Shown here: positions 28,114 through 38,735 of the stretch, in pieces
Numbering within the stretch: the stretch's first letter is position 1
How the letters are laid out: every line of letters begins with the position of its first letter
Source: Candidatus Poribacteria bacterium
GTDB taxonomy: Bacteria; Poribacteria; WGA-4E; PCPOR2b
Assembly: GCA_965215015.1 (NCBI GenBank)
Contig: OZ244042.1
Location: forward strand, 2,368,001 to 2,432,000
DNA length: 64,000 nt
Reading direction: 5' to 3'
The notes under the pieces: generated by a model
The model's database searches: none
Told to the model about the DNA's origin: nothing
The model's input: the letters and a program-made list of their open reading frames with translations, nothing else
Position numbers and translations under genes: made by a program

Positions 28114-29298
28114 ATGAAAATCACCGAACTTGAAATTCTGCGGGTGCCACCGAGCTGGGTTTGGTTGCGGATACATACCGACACCGAACTGATCGGGCTG
28201 GGTGAACCCCATCTTGAGGGACATTCGGAAACTGTTATCACCGAAGTCAAGCGGCTTGAGCCACTGCTAATTGGAAAAGATCCGTGTCGTGTCGAAGAAC
28301 TATGGCATCTGATGTATGGCGAAGGCTATGTGGGCGGCCCCGTCAAAATGAGCGCAATCAGTGGGATTGACATTGCGCTGTGGGACTTGGCGGGCAAAGC
28401 GGCTGGGCTGCCTATCTACAAGATGCTTGGTGGTGCCTGCCACGACCGAATTCGTATGTATCATGCGACGGGTGGGGGGCTACCTTGGTGCGTGGAGCCG
28501 GGACAACCCTACCGCGCCGGAAGACCGCCGGAAAGCTCGCTGACACCCGATGCGCCAGAAACCTATAGGGAGGCAGCGCGAGTGCTGACCGAAGAATGGG
28601 GCTTTCGATGCCTGAAAGTCCACTTCGGCCCGGGGGCTGACTTGCCAATTACTTCACAGGTAGAGGCGTTTGGAGAAAAATTCGCCGCCGTGTGTGAAGG
28701 AGCAGGGCCAGACGCTGATGTGGCTGTGGACATCCATAACCCACACCCGGCAATCGCCAAACAACTCATTGAGGTGCTTACTCCGCACCGACCGCTTTTT
28801 GTCGAAGAACCTATGCCTGTTGAGCGGGTGGATGTGCTCGCCCAAATTGTACAAAACGCCAGCGTCCCAATTGCCGCAGGTGAACGCTGGATGGGCAAAT
28901 GGATCTTTTTCGATGCACTTTCCCGCGGCGCGTTGTCTGTATTACAACCAGACATCTGCCACGCGGGGGGCATTACGGAATGCCGTAAAATTGCGGTGAT
29001 GGGCGAAGCTGCCTACGCCAAGTTAGCGTTGCACTGTCCACTCAGTCCGCTTGCTCTGGCAGCCTCAATTCAACTTGATGCCTGCACGCCTAACTTCTTG
29101 GTACAGGAACACAACGAAGTGAATGACACGCGCGATGGCTCCCGCACGTTAATCGGTAAAGGGTATTTCAAAGAGCCTTTCGTGCTTGACCATGAAGGTT
29201 GTGTGCCAGTTCCGGACGGACCGGGGCTGGGGATTTCGTTGGATGAAGAGGGTATGGAACGAATCATGGCCAAGCCGTGGAGTCTCCAGCGAGGATAA
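28114..29298 (+). CDS. Galactonate dehydratase-like enolase-superfamily enzyme
   Basis: GLGEP, SAISGIDIALWD, FVEEP, AAGER, QPDICHAGGITE, HCP, NFLVQE. Confidence 0.9.
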   Translation: MKITELEILRVPPSWVWLRIHTDTELIGLGEPHLEGHSETVITEVKRLEPLLIGKDPCRVEELWHLMYGEGYVGGPVKMSAISGIDIALWDLAGKAAGLPIYKMLGGACHDRIRMYHATGGGLPWCVEPGQPYRAGRPPESSLTPDAPETYREAARVLTEEWGFRCLKVHFGPGADLPITSQVEAFGEKFAAVCEGAGPDADVAVDIHNPHPAIAKQLIEVLTPHRPLFVEEPMPVERVDVLAQIVQNASVPIAAGERWMGKWIFFDALSRGALSVLQPDICHAGGITECRKIAVMGEAAYAKLALHCPLSPLALAASIQLDACTPNFLVQEHNEVNDTRDGSRTLIGKGYFKEPFVLDHEGCVPVPDGPGLGISLDEEGMERIMAKPWSLQRG

Positions 29299-29423
29299 TG
29301 TAGTGTAAACCGCTTTTCTACTTGACGATGTGGTGGAACTATGTCACGATAAAGTGGGAGTGTATTCTAGGGGGTTGTATAGCTATAAATGACTAACATT
29401 GTGATTCAACGGAAGGGGTTGGC

Positions 29424-31088
29424 ATGAAAACGATAGATGCAATTGCAAAAACGTTGAAAGCGGAAGGAATCGAATACTTGAGTTGTTTTCCTACGACCTC
29501 GATGATCGAAGCCGCGGCCCAGGCAGGTATCCGCCCGATTATCTGCCGGCAGGAACGGGTTGGGGTGCATATTGCAGACGGGTATTCGAGGGTCACAAAC
29601 GGAGCCAAACCCGGGGTTTTCGCTATGCAATACGGTCCGGGGACCGAAAATAGTTTCGCAGGTATAGCCACCGCTTTCTCCGATTCGGTTCCGATGCTTT
29701 TGTTGCCACTTGGACACCCCGTCGATCGTCACGGGGTTTCACCCCTGTTTCGGTCAGAGGTTAGCTACGCTGCCATCACCAAGCGGGTGGAAGTGGTGAC
29801 ATCTACGGAGCGTGTGCACGGTGTAATGCGTCGGTCTCTAGCGGCGTTGCGGCAGGGTAGACCGGGACCCGTGATGGTTGAAATTCCGGCGGACGTGGCG
29901 ATACAGGAGATGAGTGATTTCAATGGAGATACCTCTCATGTGAAGCCCGTCAAATCCCAAGGCGATCCGAAGGATATTGAAGCCGCTGCCAAAGCCTTAT
30001 GTAGTGCCCAAGGTCCTGTCATTTATGCTGGGCAGGGGGTCTTGTACGCAGAAGCGACAGAGGAACTGCGGGAACTTTCTGAATTCTTAGCTGTGCCGGT
30101 GCTGACAACGTTAATGGGAAAAAGTGCTTTTCCTGAGGCGCATCCGCTCGCGTTGGGGTGTGGGACAGGTTCAATGCCCAAGGTGCTTCACCATTTCTTG
30201 CACGCAGCGGATCTGATATGTGGGATTGGCTGCAGCTTTACCGACCACGTCATGGCGATGCGACTGCCAGCAGGAAAGACAATTATCCACGCTACAAATG
30301 ATCCCGTTGACGTTCAGAAAGACCTGGACGTGGATTACCCTATCGTCGGAGATGCCAAGCTGGTCCTTCGTCAACTGTTAGAGGCATGCAAAGATATTAC
30401 AGGGAATCAGGTTCGGTCAACCAACGACGTGGCTTCACAAATCGCAGCCATCAACGCAGAGTGGCTTAGGGACTGGATGCCCAAACTCACAAGCGACGAG
30501 ATCCCCATTACTCCCTTTCGTGTGATTTGGGACTTGATGCGAGCCATTCCCCCTGAGGATGCAATTGTGACACATGACGCCGGCAGTCCGCGTGAACGGA
30601 TGATTAGCTTCTATCGGTCTGCCGGACCGCGTAGCTTCATCGGTTGGGGCAAATCCCACGCGCTGGGCACAGGCTTGGGACTCATCATCGGAGCCAAGCT
30701 GGCGAAGCCGGAAAAAGTCTGCACCTACGTTACAGGAGATACAGCGTTTGGCATGGTTGGGCTTGACTTTGAAACCGCTGTACGGCAAGGGATTCCTATT
30801 ATTACGGTGTTGTTTAACAACGGTGGTATGGCAGGAGAAGCGACGGGCGTTGCTGAAGCGGAGTATCAAATCAGCAATCTCGGCAGCGATTACGCAGACC
30901 TTGCGCGGGCGATGGGCGGTCATGGAGAGCGGATTGAAAACCCTGCGGAAATTGTTCCGGCGTTCCAGCGTGCCCGCCGTGTTACTGAAGATGACGGGCT
31001 TCCGGTATTGCTTGAGTTTATGACAACGCGCGAGAGAGGCTCATCTGGGCCCGGCAACGATTTTAAGCCTGTAGGGTTACCTAGTTGA
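29424..31088 (+). CDS. Thiamine pyrophosphate-dependent enzyme (acetolactate synthase-like fold)
   Basis: RQERVGVHIADGY, GPG, GRPGPV, GDTAF...NN. Confidence 0.9.
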   Translation: MKTIDAIAKTLKAEGIEYLSCFPTTSMIEAAAQAGIRPIICRQERVGVHIADGYSRVTNGAKPGVFAMQYGPGTENSFAGIATAFSDSVPMLLLPLGHPVDRHGVSPLFRSEVSYAAITKRVEVVTSTERVHGVMRRSLAALRQGRPGPVMVEIPADVAIQEMSDFNGDTSHVKPVKSQGDPKDIEAAAKALCSAQGPVIYAGQGVLYAEATEELRELSEFLAVPVLTTLMGKSAFPEAHPLALGCGTGSMPKVLHHFLHAADLICGIGCSFTDHVMAMRLPAGKTIIHATNDPVDVQKDLDVDYPIVGDAKLVLRQLLEACKDITGNQVRSTNDVASQIAAINAEWLRDWMPKLTSDEIPITPFRVIWDLMRAIPPEDAIVTHDAGSPRERMISFYRSAGPRSFIGWGKSHALGTGLGLIIGAKLAKPEKVCTYVTGDTAFGMVGLDFETAVRQGIPIITVLFNNGGMAGEATGVAEAEYQISNLGSDYADLARAMGGHGERIENPAEIVPAFQRARRVTEDDGLPVLLEFMTTRERGSSGPGNDFKPVGLPS

Positions 31089-31244
31089 ACGTTTGAAGCT
31101 TTGTAGTTCGGTGATTCATCGCCGCTGGATACCGTTGCCAACGTCCGATTAATCGGGCAACCCCAGCAGAGACTTCATAAGGGGGCCTAGGGAACAGCGA
31201 TAGTTGTTCCCTACTGAAGCGCGTAACTCCTAGCTTATATAACT

Positions 31245-31677
31245 GAGGGGTGCTCATAAATCCAATTCGTGAAATCGTGTCCTCGGAGGGGTGCCATTTC
31301 TCAGGAGTTGGCAGCCTTAGAACGTCTCTGTATCGCAGATTCATACCGATTCTTGGATGGCACCGAGGGTGCCCAATCTGTGTTTTCGGGGTCATCTGTG
31401 TAATCCGTGATTCAGACAATAAGGAGACCCCTTCCTCAGGCCTATCTCGGCGTTTAGATGTGAACGTGACTCATCTCATCCTGTGAATCCTTGAATTCTG
31501 AAAAGTCTGATTCAGATCGCTTTGAATCCCGAGGACACCAACACCATTGCGCTAGAGTTCTAGGCTCAATGAGCCCGGCGTGTAACGCAACATATAGGGT
31601 ATTTTCGGGGCAAGAATCCGTGCAACCCGCTTCATCAGTTGAATCCGCGATTCAGACAATAATTATGAGCACCCCTC
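31245..31677. mobile_element. MITE (GAGGGGTGCTCATAA family) with a different interior, 8-bp TSD
   Basis: Perfect TIRs; ATATAACT on both sides. Confidence 0.8.
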
Positions 31678-31748
31678 ATATAACTTGACTACGGTTAATC
31701 GGATGAGAGGACAGAGACAAGTAGAAAACAAAAACAGGGAGAACCACC

Positions 31749-32453
31749 ATGGCACTCACACCTCAAGAGATACAACTTTTTCGGCATAACGGCTTCATCA
31801 AATTACCGACACGGTTGACTGATGACCTTGTAGATGGACTGAAAGCAGCGGCATTAAAAAATATTCGGGAGGCGGTTGAACCGGTTGCACGTAATAAAGA
31901 CGGACGGGTGATTCGCATTTCCAATCTGTGGGGGCGCGGCGGCATCTTTCGGGAGACAATCGTGTGCGACGAAATCCTTAACCCCTTGGAGTCGTTATTG
32001 GGACCCAATATTGAGTTTGTTCGCAATCGACACAACCACGTCTATCTTCGTGATCGTGATTCAACCGCCTCGTTGGAACTCCACCGCGATGTGAGACATT
32101 GGTCACGGACCATCGTAACGGTGTTGGCCTACCTTGAGGATACCAATTTAGAAAACGGCTGCACCCATGTGGTGCCGGGATCACACATATTGCCGGACTT
32201 CGTGAATCTAAACCACGGTAATCCCTTGCATCAAATTGCTTTGGACCAAGTCATCCCCGTCCCCATGAAAGCCGGTGGACTGCTGGCCATTGACAGTATG
32301 ATAATTCATTCCGCTGGTAAAAACCGGACAGATGGTACACGTATGAGTATGACATTAGGGTATCATACCCTTGATGAGCTTTCTCTTGATAATCCGAAGC
32401 GGATTCTGGTGCGTGGTGAGCGGATTTATAAAGGGAATGACACCAAACTATAA
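31749..32453 (+). CDS. Phytanoyl-CoA dioxygenase (PhyH) family
   Basis: FRHNGF, LHRD, ENGCTHVVPGSH, IHSAGKN..R. Confidence 0.9.
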   Translation: MALTPQEIQLFRHNGFIKLPTRLTDDLVDGLKAAALKNIREAVEPVARNKDGRVIRISNLWGRGGIFRETIVCDEILNPLESLLGPNIEFVRNRHNHVYLRDRDSTASLELHRDVRHWSRTIVTVLAYLEDTNLENGCTHVVPGSHILPDFVNLNHGNPLHQIALDQVIPVPMKAGGLLAIDSMIIHSAGKNRTDGTRMSMTLGYHTLDELSLDNPKRILVRGERIYKGNDTKL

Positions 32454-32502
32454 CTCGAAATGTGTAACAAGTGACCAAACAATCTGAGGGCAACAACCAT
32501 AG

Positions 32503-33234
32503 ATGAGAAAACTGGTTTTATTTGATATTGATGGGACCATACTAAGCACAGGGGGGATTGGCGGTCGATCGCTCTACCAAGCAATCGAGGAGGTCTGCCA
32601 CGAAAAGCAGATGTTCGGCGACAATCCAACACCCGAACTTGGACGGGTACGGATGTCGGGGGGGATGGACACGCAGATTGTACATGACATCTTGGAAGGT
32701 GTGCTTCCCGAAAGCACCGTCCAGCAACTACTGCCTGATATTTTTGACCGTATCGCTAAACTGTTGAGAGAAGGCTGCAAAGCGGAAGGTGCAAATGTGA
32801 GGTTGTTGGACGGTGTACAAGAATTGATTTTAGCGGTGATGGACCATGAGGCGTGCTTGCCTGGCCTTTTGACTGGTAATAATAAGGGCGGTGCGGCTGC
32901 GAAGTTGGACGTTTTTAATTTAAACCCCTTTTTCCAGCTGGGTGCATTTGGCGACGACGCACGATCCCGTAATGCGCTGCCGGCTATCGCCGCGTGTCGT
33001 GCTTTTGAACAGACGGGCGAAAGGTTCACCGGAAAAGGCATCGTGATTATTGGAGATACACCCCGTGATATTGAGTGCGCTCGCTACGCGGGAGCCTATG
33101 CCATCGCTGTGGCTACAGGTCAATATTCTCGTGAAGAGCTAACACCATATCAACCGGATGCCCTCTTTGACGATTTGAGCGATACCCAAAGCGTGATGCA
33201 GGTGATTTTGTCGGCGAATGACGTTCAGGCGTAA
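32503..33234 (+). CDS. HAD-family hydrolase
   Basis: LFDIDGT, LLTGN, IGDTPRD. Confidence 0.9.
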   Translation: MRKLVLFDIDGTILSTGGIGGRSLYQAIEEVCHEKQMFGDNPTPELGRVRMSGGMDTQIVHDILEGVLPESTVQQLLPDIFDRIAKLLREGCKAEGANVRLLDGVQELILAVMDHEACLPGLLTGNNKGGAAAKLDVFNLNPFFQLGAFGDDARSRNALPAIAACRAFEQTGERFTGKGIVIIGDTPRDIECARYAGAYAIAVATGQYSREELTPYQPDALFDDLSDTQSVMQVILSANDVQA

Positions 33235-33950
33235 TCTTCAGCGTTGTCCTCAGGGGCATAGCCTATCTCTTTTCGGGCATTCTCAATATTCCAGTAGGCG
33301 CGTGTATTATTCGAGATACCGTAGTAGATACCAAACTTCACCGACACTGCCTCAATGCTCCGTTTGGTCAACTGCACCATATCTCGGTGGCTTAACCAGG
33401 TGGACAGGATCCGATCGCTTGTCCGGTTCTGCACCGACTCCACCGGTTGAAATGTGCCAATCCGTAAGCAGTGCACCGACAGCCCGAATTCATCGACATA
33501 GTATCTGCCCAATGCTTCACCGTAGGCTTTGCTAGCACCGTAGTGGCTATCAGGTCGTACCGGCATTTCGGGCGTTGTATAAACGCCCTCTATTTCATAG
33601 AATCCGGTTACATGGTTGGTGCTGGCAAAAATCACTTGAGGTGTGCCGGTTCGATGGGAGGCTTCGTAGATGCAATAGGTACCTAGGATGTTGTTTTCGT
33701 AGACCGATTCAAACGATGCGCCGACTTCCGGATCCCCAGCCATGTGAACGACCGAATCCACGCCCTCTACAACCTCCACCATTTTGTCGAGATCCTTGAT
33801 GCTTGCCACATAGACCTCTTCTCCCGCCGCTGCCGGAAAAACAGTCCTGTGATAGAGGAGTCGCAAATCATAATCATCTTTCAGTCCATCTCGCAGCACC
33901 CGTCCGATTTTGCCCGCCGCGCCCGTGATAAGTACCTTCTTCCGTTTCAT
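33225..33950 (-). CDS. NAD-dependent epimerase/dehydratase (uronate dehydrogenase-like)
   Basis: TGAAGKIG, RPDSHYGASK, LRIG, TWLS. Confidence 0.88.
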   Translation of the reverse strand: MKRKKVLITGAAGKIGRVLRDGLKDDYDLRLLYHRTVFPAAAGEEVYVASIKDLDKMVEVVEGVDSVVHMAGDPEVGASFESVYENNILGTYCIYEASHRTGTPQVIFASTNHVTGFYEIEGVYTTPEMPVRPDSHYGASKAYGEALGRYYVDEFGLSVHCLRIGTFQPVESVQNRTSDRILSTWLSHRDMVQLTKRSIEAVSVKFGIYYGISNNTRAYWNIENARKEIGYAPEDNAEDYA

Positions 33951-34447
33951 CTCTGTGCCCCTTTCTAATCTCTCATTGAATTAAGAATAGATTTAGTACG
34001 CACTATCTATTTTGCCATCTATTTTGCCATCTATTCGGTGTAAAGTCAAGTGTATATCCATTGAGGTTATGTCTGCCTATTCTCCGGTAATATCGGATTT
34101 GATAAGTGCCGCGTATGAAGTCTTTCCTGCCTTTCTGAATTTCTGCTACCAACTGTTTTTCGTTGACATTTCCGTGTAAGTCGATATAATGTCAAACTAG
34201 GGGAATTGCATCTGTTATAGAAATTAGGTAATTGAGTAATCATAAGCTTGGGTGAACCCCCGTCATGGCGCAGGTTTGCTAACCCCGATTTCATCGTGGG
34301 CAGGCTCTGTGGGCAACCCCAGGGTCCATTTGTCATTATATCCTATTGCGTTAAAATATCTTGGCTCATGTTAAGAAATCGTGCAGCAGCCCCGAGTTTT
34401 TGGCAAAAGCTCAGGGGCTCTTAGCATCTTGCACTTTCTTTTAGTAT

Positions 34448-34632
34448 TAGGACTTACGCAGTTGAAGGTTCAACGCCTCCGTTGAGAGAGTCTTTGACCT
34501 ATAGTTCGACGGTTTATCGCCGCTAGACACCGTTCCCAACGCCCGATGAATCGGGCAACTCCAGTGGGTGTACTATTAAGTATCCGTAGGAAACAGCGAT
34601 AGTTGTTCCCTACTGAAGTGGGTAACTCCTAA
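34448..34632. mobile_element. MITE with TAGGACTTACG TIRs
   Basis: Homologous to 24951-25138. Confidence 0.65.
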
Positions 34633-34763
34633 GTATAATCGGGCACCAATGAACTAATGAACCCATGAACAAATGGTTTTCACGTTTCACGCTTTTTGCG
34701 TTTTGTACTTTCTTTTAACATGAGCCAATATCTGTACGGACTTATCAACGGAGGTAACAAACT

Positions 34764-35621
34764 ATGGCACTTCTTGATATAGAAACGCAAATCTCTGTTT
34801 TGATTGGTGGTTTTACGGGAGGGTTGGACCACCCTGAATGTATCAGCTGGGGCTGCGATGGCTTTGCGTATGCCGGCGGTGAATTGGGCCAGGTGTACCG
34901 AATCAACGTGGAGCAGCGAGAGTTTGAAGAGTTTGCCAATACCGGCGGATTCGTAGGAGGAATCGCCCAAGACGCGAAGCAACACCTTTATGTATGTAGT
35001 GGGGGTGTTAAACGGGTTGAACCGGACGGAACGGTGAGCGTCTACTGCGATGGTACGGACGAGCAGTCCTTCAGCGGAGCAAATTACCCCGTATTCGATC
35101 GCCACGGCAATCTTTATGTGTCCCACTCAGGTGGGTGGAAAAAGGATAACGGTTGCATCTTTCGGATTGCTCCGGGCGGGCAAGGCGAGGTCTGGTGTTG
35201 CAGTCTGACCCAATTTCCGAACGGTTTAGCAATGGACGCAGCAGGTGCATACCTCTATGTCGCTATGAGTCTCAATCCACCGTGTGTTGACCGTGTTGAA
35301 ATCAAAGCAGATGGGAGTGCCGGCGATGTCGAGACGCTAGTTCACTTACCGGGGACCGTGCCAGACGGATTGGCGTTTGACACCGAAGGAAACCTGTATA
35401 TCTCCTGCTACCGTCCCGATCGAATCTACCGGCTGACACCGGACAGACAGCTCGACGTGCTGGCAGAAGATTACGAAGGCACAGTGATTGCTGCCCCGAC
35501 GAATATCGCCTTCTGCGGTCAGAGCCTCGATCTCTTTCTCAGTGCGAACTTGGGACGCTGGCACATCACGCACTACGACTTAGGAAAGACGGGAATGCCG
35601 TTGAACTACCCGGATATCTAA
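34764..35621 (+). CDS. SMP-30/gluconolactonase family
   Basis: HPEC, FPNGLA, VPDGLAFDTEGNLY, PTNIAF. Confidence 0.9.
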   Translation: MALLDIETQISVLIGGFTGGLDHPECISWGCDGFAYAGGELGQVYRINVEQREFEEFANTGGFVGGIAQDAKQHLYVCSGGVKRVEPDGTVSVYCDGTDEQSFSGANYPVFDRHGNLYVSHSGGWKKDNGCIFRIAPGGQGEVWCCSLTQFPNGLAMDAAGAYLYVAMSLNPPCVDRVEIKADGSAGDVETLVHLPGTVPDGLAFDTEGNLYISCYRPDRIYRLTPDRQLDVLAEDYEGTVIAAPTNIAFCGQSLDLFLSANLGRWHITHYDLGKTGMPLNYPDI

Positions 35622-35777
35622 AAAACTGTGGCGGTCCCGCTCAACCCTGGCTATAACTTTGACGGCCTTAGGGCCTTTTTGAAAAGCCCTCCCCGATAGG
35701 ATTGGGATTCAGAGCAACATGACATATCGGGGTGGGACAAGATGCCCCACCTACGGGAACGATGGAAAATTATCAAG

Positions 35778-36542
35778 ATGAAAACTAACTGGGTCCGAGA
35801 AAAAATCCTCTCCGGTCAACCGACCATCGGTTGCTTCATGGGCTTGGGCAGCCCAAACCTTGCTGAACTCTTGGCACATGCTGGGTATGATTGGTTGGTT
35901 ATTGAAACAGAACACAACGCGCTCGATTCTGCCCAGATTGAGCACATGCTCATGGCGATAAATGGGGCCGAAGCCATTCCCATTGTCCGCATCCCTTCTG
36001 CCAATCCGGTCTTCATCCAAAGAGCATTAGACATAGGTGGCATGGGCATTCTTGTGCCGATGGTAAAGACAGCCGATGAAGCGCAGGCTATCGTTGATGC
36101 CACGCGCTATCCGCCGCAAGGTACGCGCGGCTGGGGACCATTGCGTGCCTCGCAATACACGGTTGACAATGAGGATTATTTCTACCGGGCGAATGACAAT
36201 ATACTTGTCTTTTTGCTCATCGAGACCAAAGAGGCTGTGGAAAACTTGGAGGCAATCGGGGCTGCCCCTGGAGTTGATGTGTTGTACATCGGTATGTGGG
36301 ATCTGTGCCTGTCGATCGGATTAAACCCGCTGCACATGCCATTTCCAGAAACTGACGCTGTCATTGAACGCGCCCTAGAGGTTGGTCGGAAGGTCGGCGT
36401 TGCCATCGGGTTCGGGGAGAGTACGCCAGAGGGATTGCAGAGGCGACAAGCACAAGGTTTCACTGTGTTGGGCTATGGCCCTGATTACTACCTGCTTTTA
36501 CAAGCAGCCCGTGCAGGTTTGGAGGTATTCAAGCGATCATAG
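35778..36542 (+). CDS. HpcH/HpaI aldolase family
   Basis: WLVIETEH, RYPPQGTRG, LIET, YIGMWDL. Confidence 0.9.
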   Translation: MKTNWVREKILSGQPTIGCFMGLGSPNLAELLAHAGYDWLVIETEHNALDSAQIEHMLMAINGAEAIPIVRIPSANPVFIQRALDIGGMGILVPMVKTADEAQAIVDATRYPPQGTRGWGPLRASQYTVDNEDYFYRANDNILVFLLIETKEAVENLEAIGAAPGVDVLYIGMWDLCLSIGLNPLHMPFPETDAVIERALEVGRKVGVAIGFGESTPEGLQRRQAQGFTVLGYGPDYYLLLQAARAGLEVFKRS

Positions 36543-36812
36543 AGGTAGCGGTATTTCACCTGCACGATGCACCGGGGTTAAGCAAGATATTAACCTTTGG
36601 TACGAGTCGGTGAGACTGTCGTTTCCACATCGTTCAAGAGTGGGTTGGTTCATTAAAGAGGAGCTCTGTTGTTCAAGAGTTCATTAATGTACCAATAAGT
36701 TTCACTCTCCGCCTTCGATCGAAGAGTGTATCAGCAGTTGCAAACTAGCACCATTGATTTATAGCAGCCCGGAGACCAATACAACCAAGCCAACGTAGAA
36801 ACGTATCTGCAA

Positions 36813-38084
36813 TCAATGCCTCAAGTGTAGACCATTGTGGGGGTGACAATCAAAGTGCCCGCCGTAATGGACTTCATAGATGTACTCATAAACTGCTTCC
36901 GAAACGCGCCGTAGCGTATCAGATCGGCGTCGCACCCATACTGAAAAGGCTTGGGAGCGGTTGCGACGATCGGTTTTGGTCTGGTCCTCAATCATGCCGG
37001 TAAAGATGTAAGCCCGCTGTTTACCCTGTGGACCAATGATTGCCAAGACCCCACTGTCGGCGACCAAGCCATAGACGGTTCCGGTCTTGTGGTACACACG
37101 GACATTTGACGGAATACAGGTTTTATCGTGGATCCGATCGCCGTTGGGAAGTCCTAGATAGTATTTCATCTTGTCTGAATATGGCAGGTTCCTAAGCCAC
37201 AACTGGTTATAGAATTTATTCAGTTCGTGTGCTGAAGTTGTGTTTCGATAAGTTCTACCACCAATGGGAATATATTCAACGATGCGAGTCTGCTTAAAAT
37301 AGGGATAGTTCTGTTTTAAGATTCGATCCACGCTGCGAGGTCCACCGAGCAATCTTATGAAATAATTGGTTGATGTGTTCGCACTTTTCTGAATCATCTG
37401 ACGAAGATGGCTGCGATTCTGAGAGGTATGCTCGAGGCGTTTGTGTTTCACCTCATGAAAGTAAGCGAGCATAATAAAATTCTTGATTAACGAGGCCGCC
37501 ATCATTGTTCGGTCTTCGTTGATTGAAACCACTTTTTTTTGCTTGGTCACATCATAGATAACAAAGCTGGTTCGGTCGGTGTTTGCAAGTCTACCCCTGT
37601 GTCGCAGTCCCTTGATGTATCGATCAATGTTCGCCTCAAGGTTGGAATCCAAGGTAGTATCGAATCGCTGCGGCTTAGATCTGTGCTTGATTGGTATAGA
37701 GGGGTAATGCCGATTAGGAATTGGGCAGGCAGCTTCATTCCCTACCTCTTTTGTTACACCTGCTTGATGAAGCAACTTTGCCTGATACCCTGCCACCCGG
37801 CGGATCATCTCATAATTGCCATCGCGATCATAGATGACGCCGTACTGACCTTTTTGGTTCTGTACCACCTTAATCTGCTTTGCGATATTCGGACCTAACG
37901 CCTGCTTAACTTTGCTGGCATATGCTTTAGCAGTATCTTGCTTCGTCGACCAGAAATAACTCACATCATAAGTTCTAACTGCGAATGACACAGACACGAG
38001 TAATAGGAAATTGATTAAACTGCAAATGAACAAATACGTGTATATTCTCGTCATAGATAAAAAGATTACGTGGAAAGCAAGCAC
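36813..38084 (-). CDS. Secreted serine hydrolase, class A beta-lactamase-like fold
   Basis: Signal peptide; ASLIK (SxxK), SAN, HKTG; true start may be ATG 38054. Confidence 0.85.
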   Translation of the reverse strand: MLAFHVIFLSMTRIYTYLFICSLINFLLLVSVSFAVRTYDVSYFWSTKQDTAKAYASKVKQALGPNIAKQIKVVQNQKGQYGVIYDRDGNYEMIRRVAGYQAKLLHQAGVTKEVGNEAACPIPNRHYPSIPIKHRSKPQRFDTTLDSNLEANIDRYIKGLRHRGRLANTDRTSFVIYDVTKQKKVVSINEDRTMMAASLIKNFIMLAYFHEVKHKRLEHTSQNRSHLRQMIQKSANTSTNYFIRLLGGPRSVDRILKQNYPYFKQTRIVEYIPIGGRTYRNTTSAHELNKFYNQLWLRNLPYSDKMKYYLGLPNGDRIHDKTCIPSNVRVYHKTGTVYGLVADSGVLAIIGPQGKQRAYIFTGMIEDQTKTDRRNRSQAFSVWVRRRSDTLRRVSEAVYEYIYEVHYGGHFDCHPHNGLHLRH

Positions 38085-38104
38085 ATCAACGTTTCATCAT
38101 TTCG

Positions 38105-38133
38105 TTGACAGGTTCGCCATTTTTGGTTATGCT
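38105..38133 (+). promoter_or_regulatory. sigma70-type promoter
   Basis: TTGACA-17bp-TATGCT. Confidence 0.55.
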
Positions 38134-38735
38134 ATCATCTGAAAATGGTTTGAAACGCCACCGGAGTGTCTCCGTTGTACGAGTCTCACGCACAACGGAG
38201 GGTTGGTGATAGAGGCGAGATGATGTCTCGCTCATTTCACCTTGACTCAATTGAAGGGGACATTTCCCGCAATTCTGTTAGATCTGCGTGGCCAATTGTA
38301 CTATGATAGTCTAAAGACGTGCCAAACTTTCAAAGGTTTAACCAATGAGAGGCATCGTGGGACGTGAAAACCATAGATTTTTTTGACTGATACGAAATCC
38401 AGACAGGCAAGCCTGCCTGTTATCAACACAGCTTTCTCTTTTCAACAGCGGGCGACACTTCAGCGTTCTCCTTAGGAAAGAAATCAGAAAATTGGCTGAC
38501 CCCGACGATGTTCAGAAGTAGATGGGTGCCAACAGGAATATCTGTGGGGTTTGAATAAAGCAAAAGCACACCTCTTATTAATTAAATCAACGGGTCAAAC
38601 CACGGTTAGGTTTCTAAGTAAATTAATGGGGCCGTGCAGATTCTCGTGAATCTGCATTATTCCCAGCAGTTTTTGCAGCCACAACCGTGCCAGAAATAGT
38701 TTTCCCAACGGAAAGGGGAACCTTGAATTGATGTC

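Noticed and set aside
36813-38084. Antibiotic-resistance beta-lactamase
   Set aside because: Fold motifs only, with an extra N-terminal domain; a peptidoglycan-related serine hydrolase is as likely.
38677-38692. sigma54 promoter on the minus strand (TGGCAC-GGTTGTG-GC)
   Set aside because: GG-N10-GC fits, but the -12 element is non-consensus and the next minus-strand gene is ~600 bp away.
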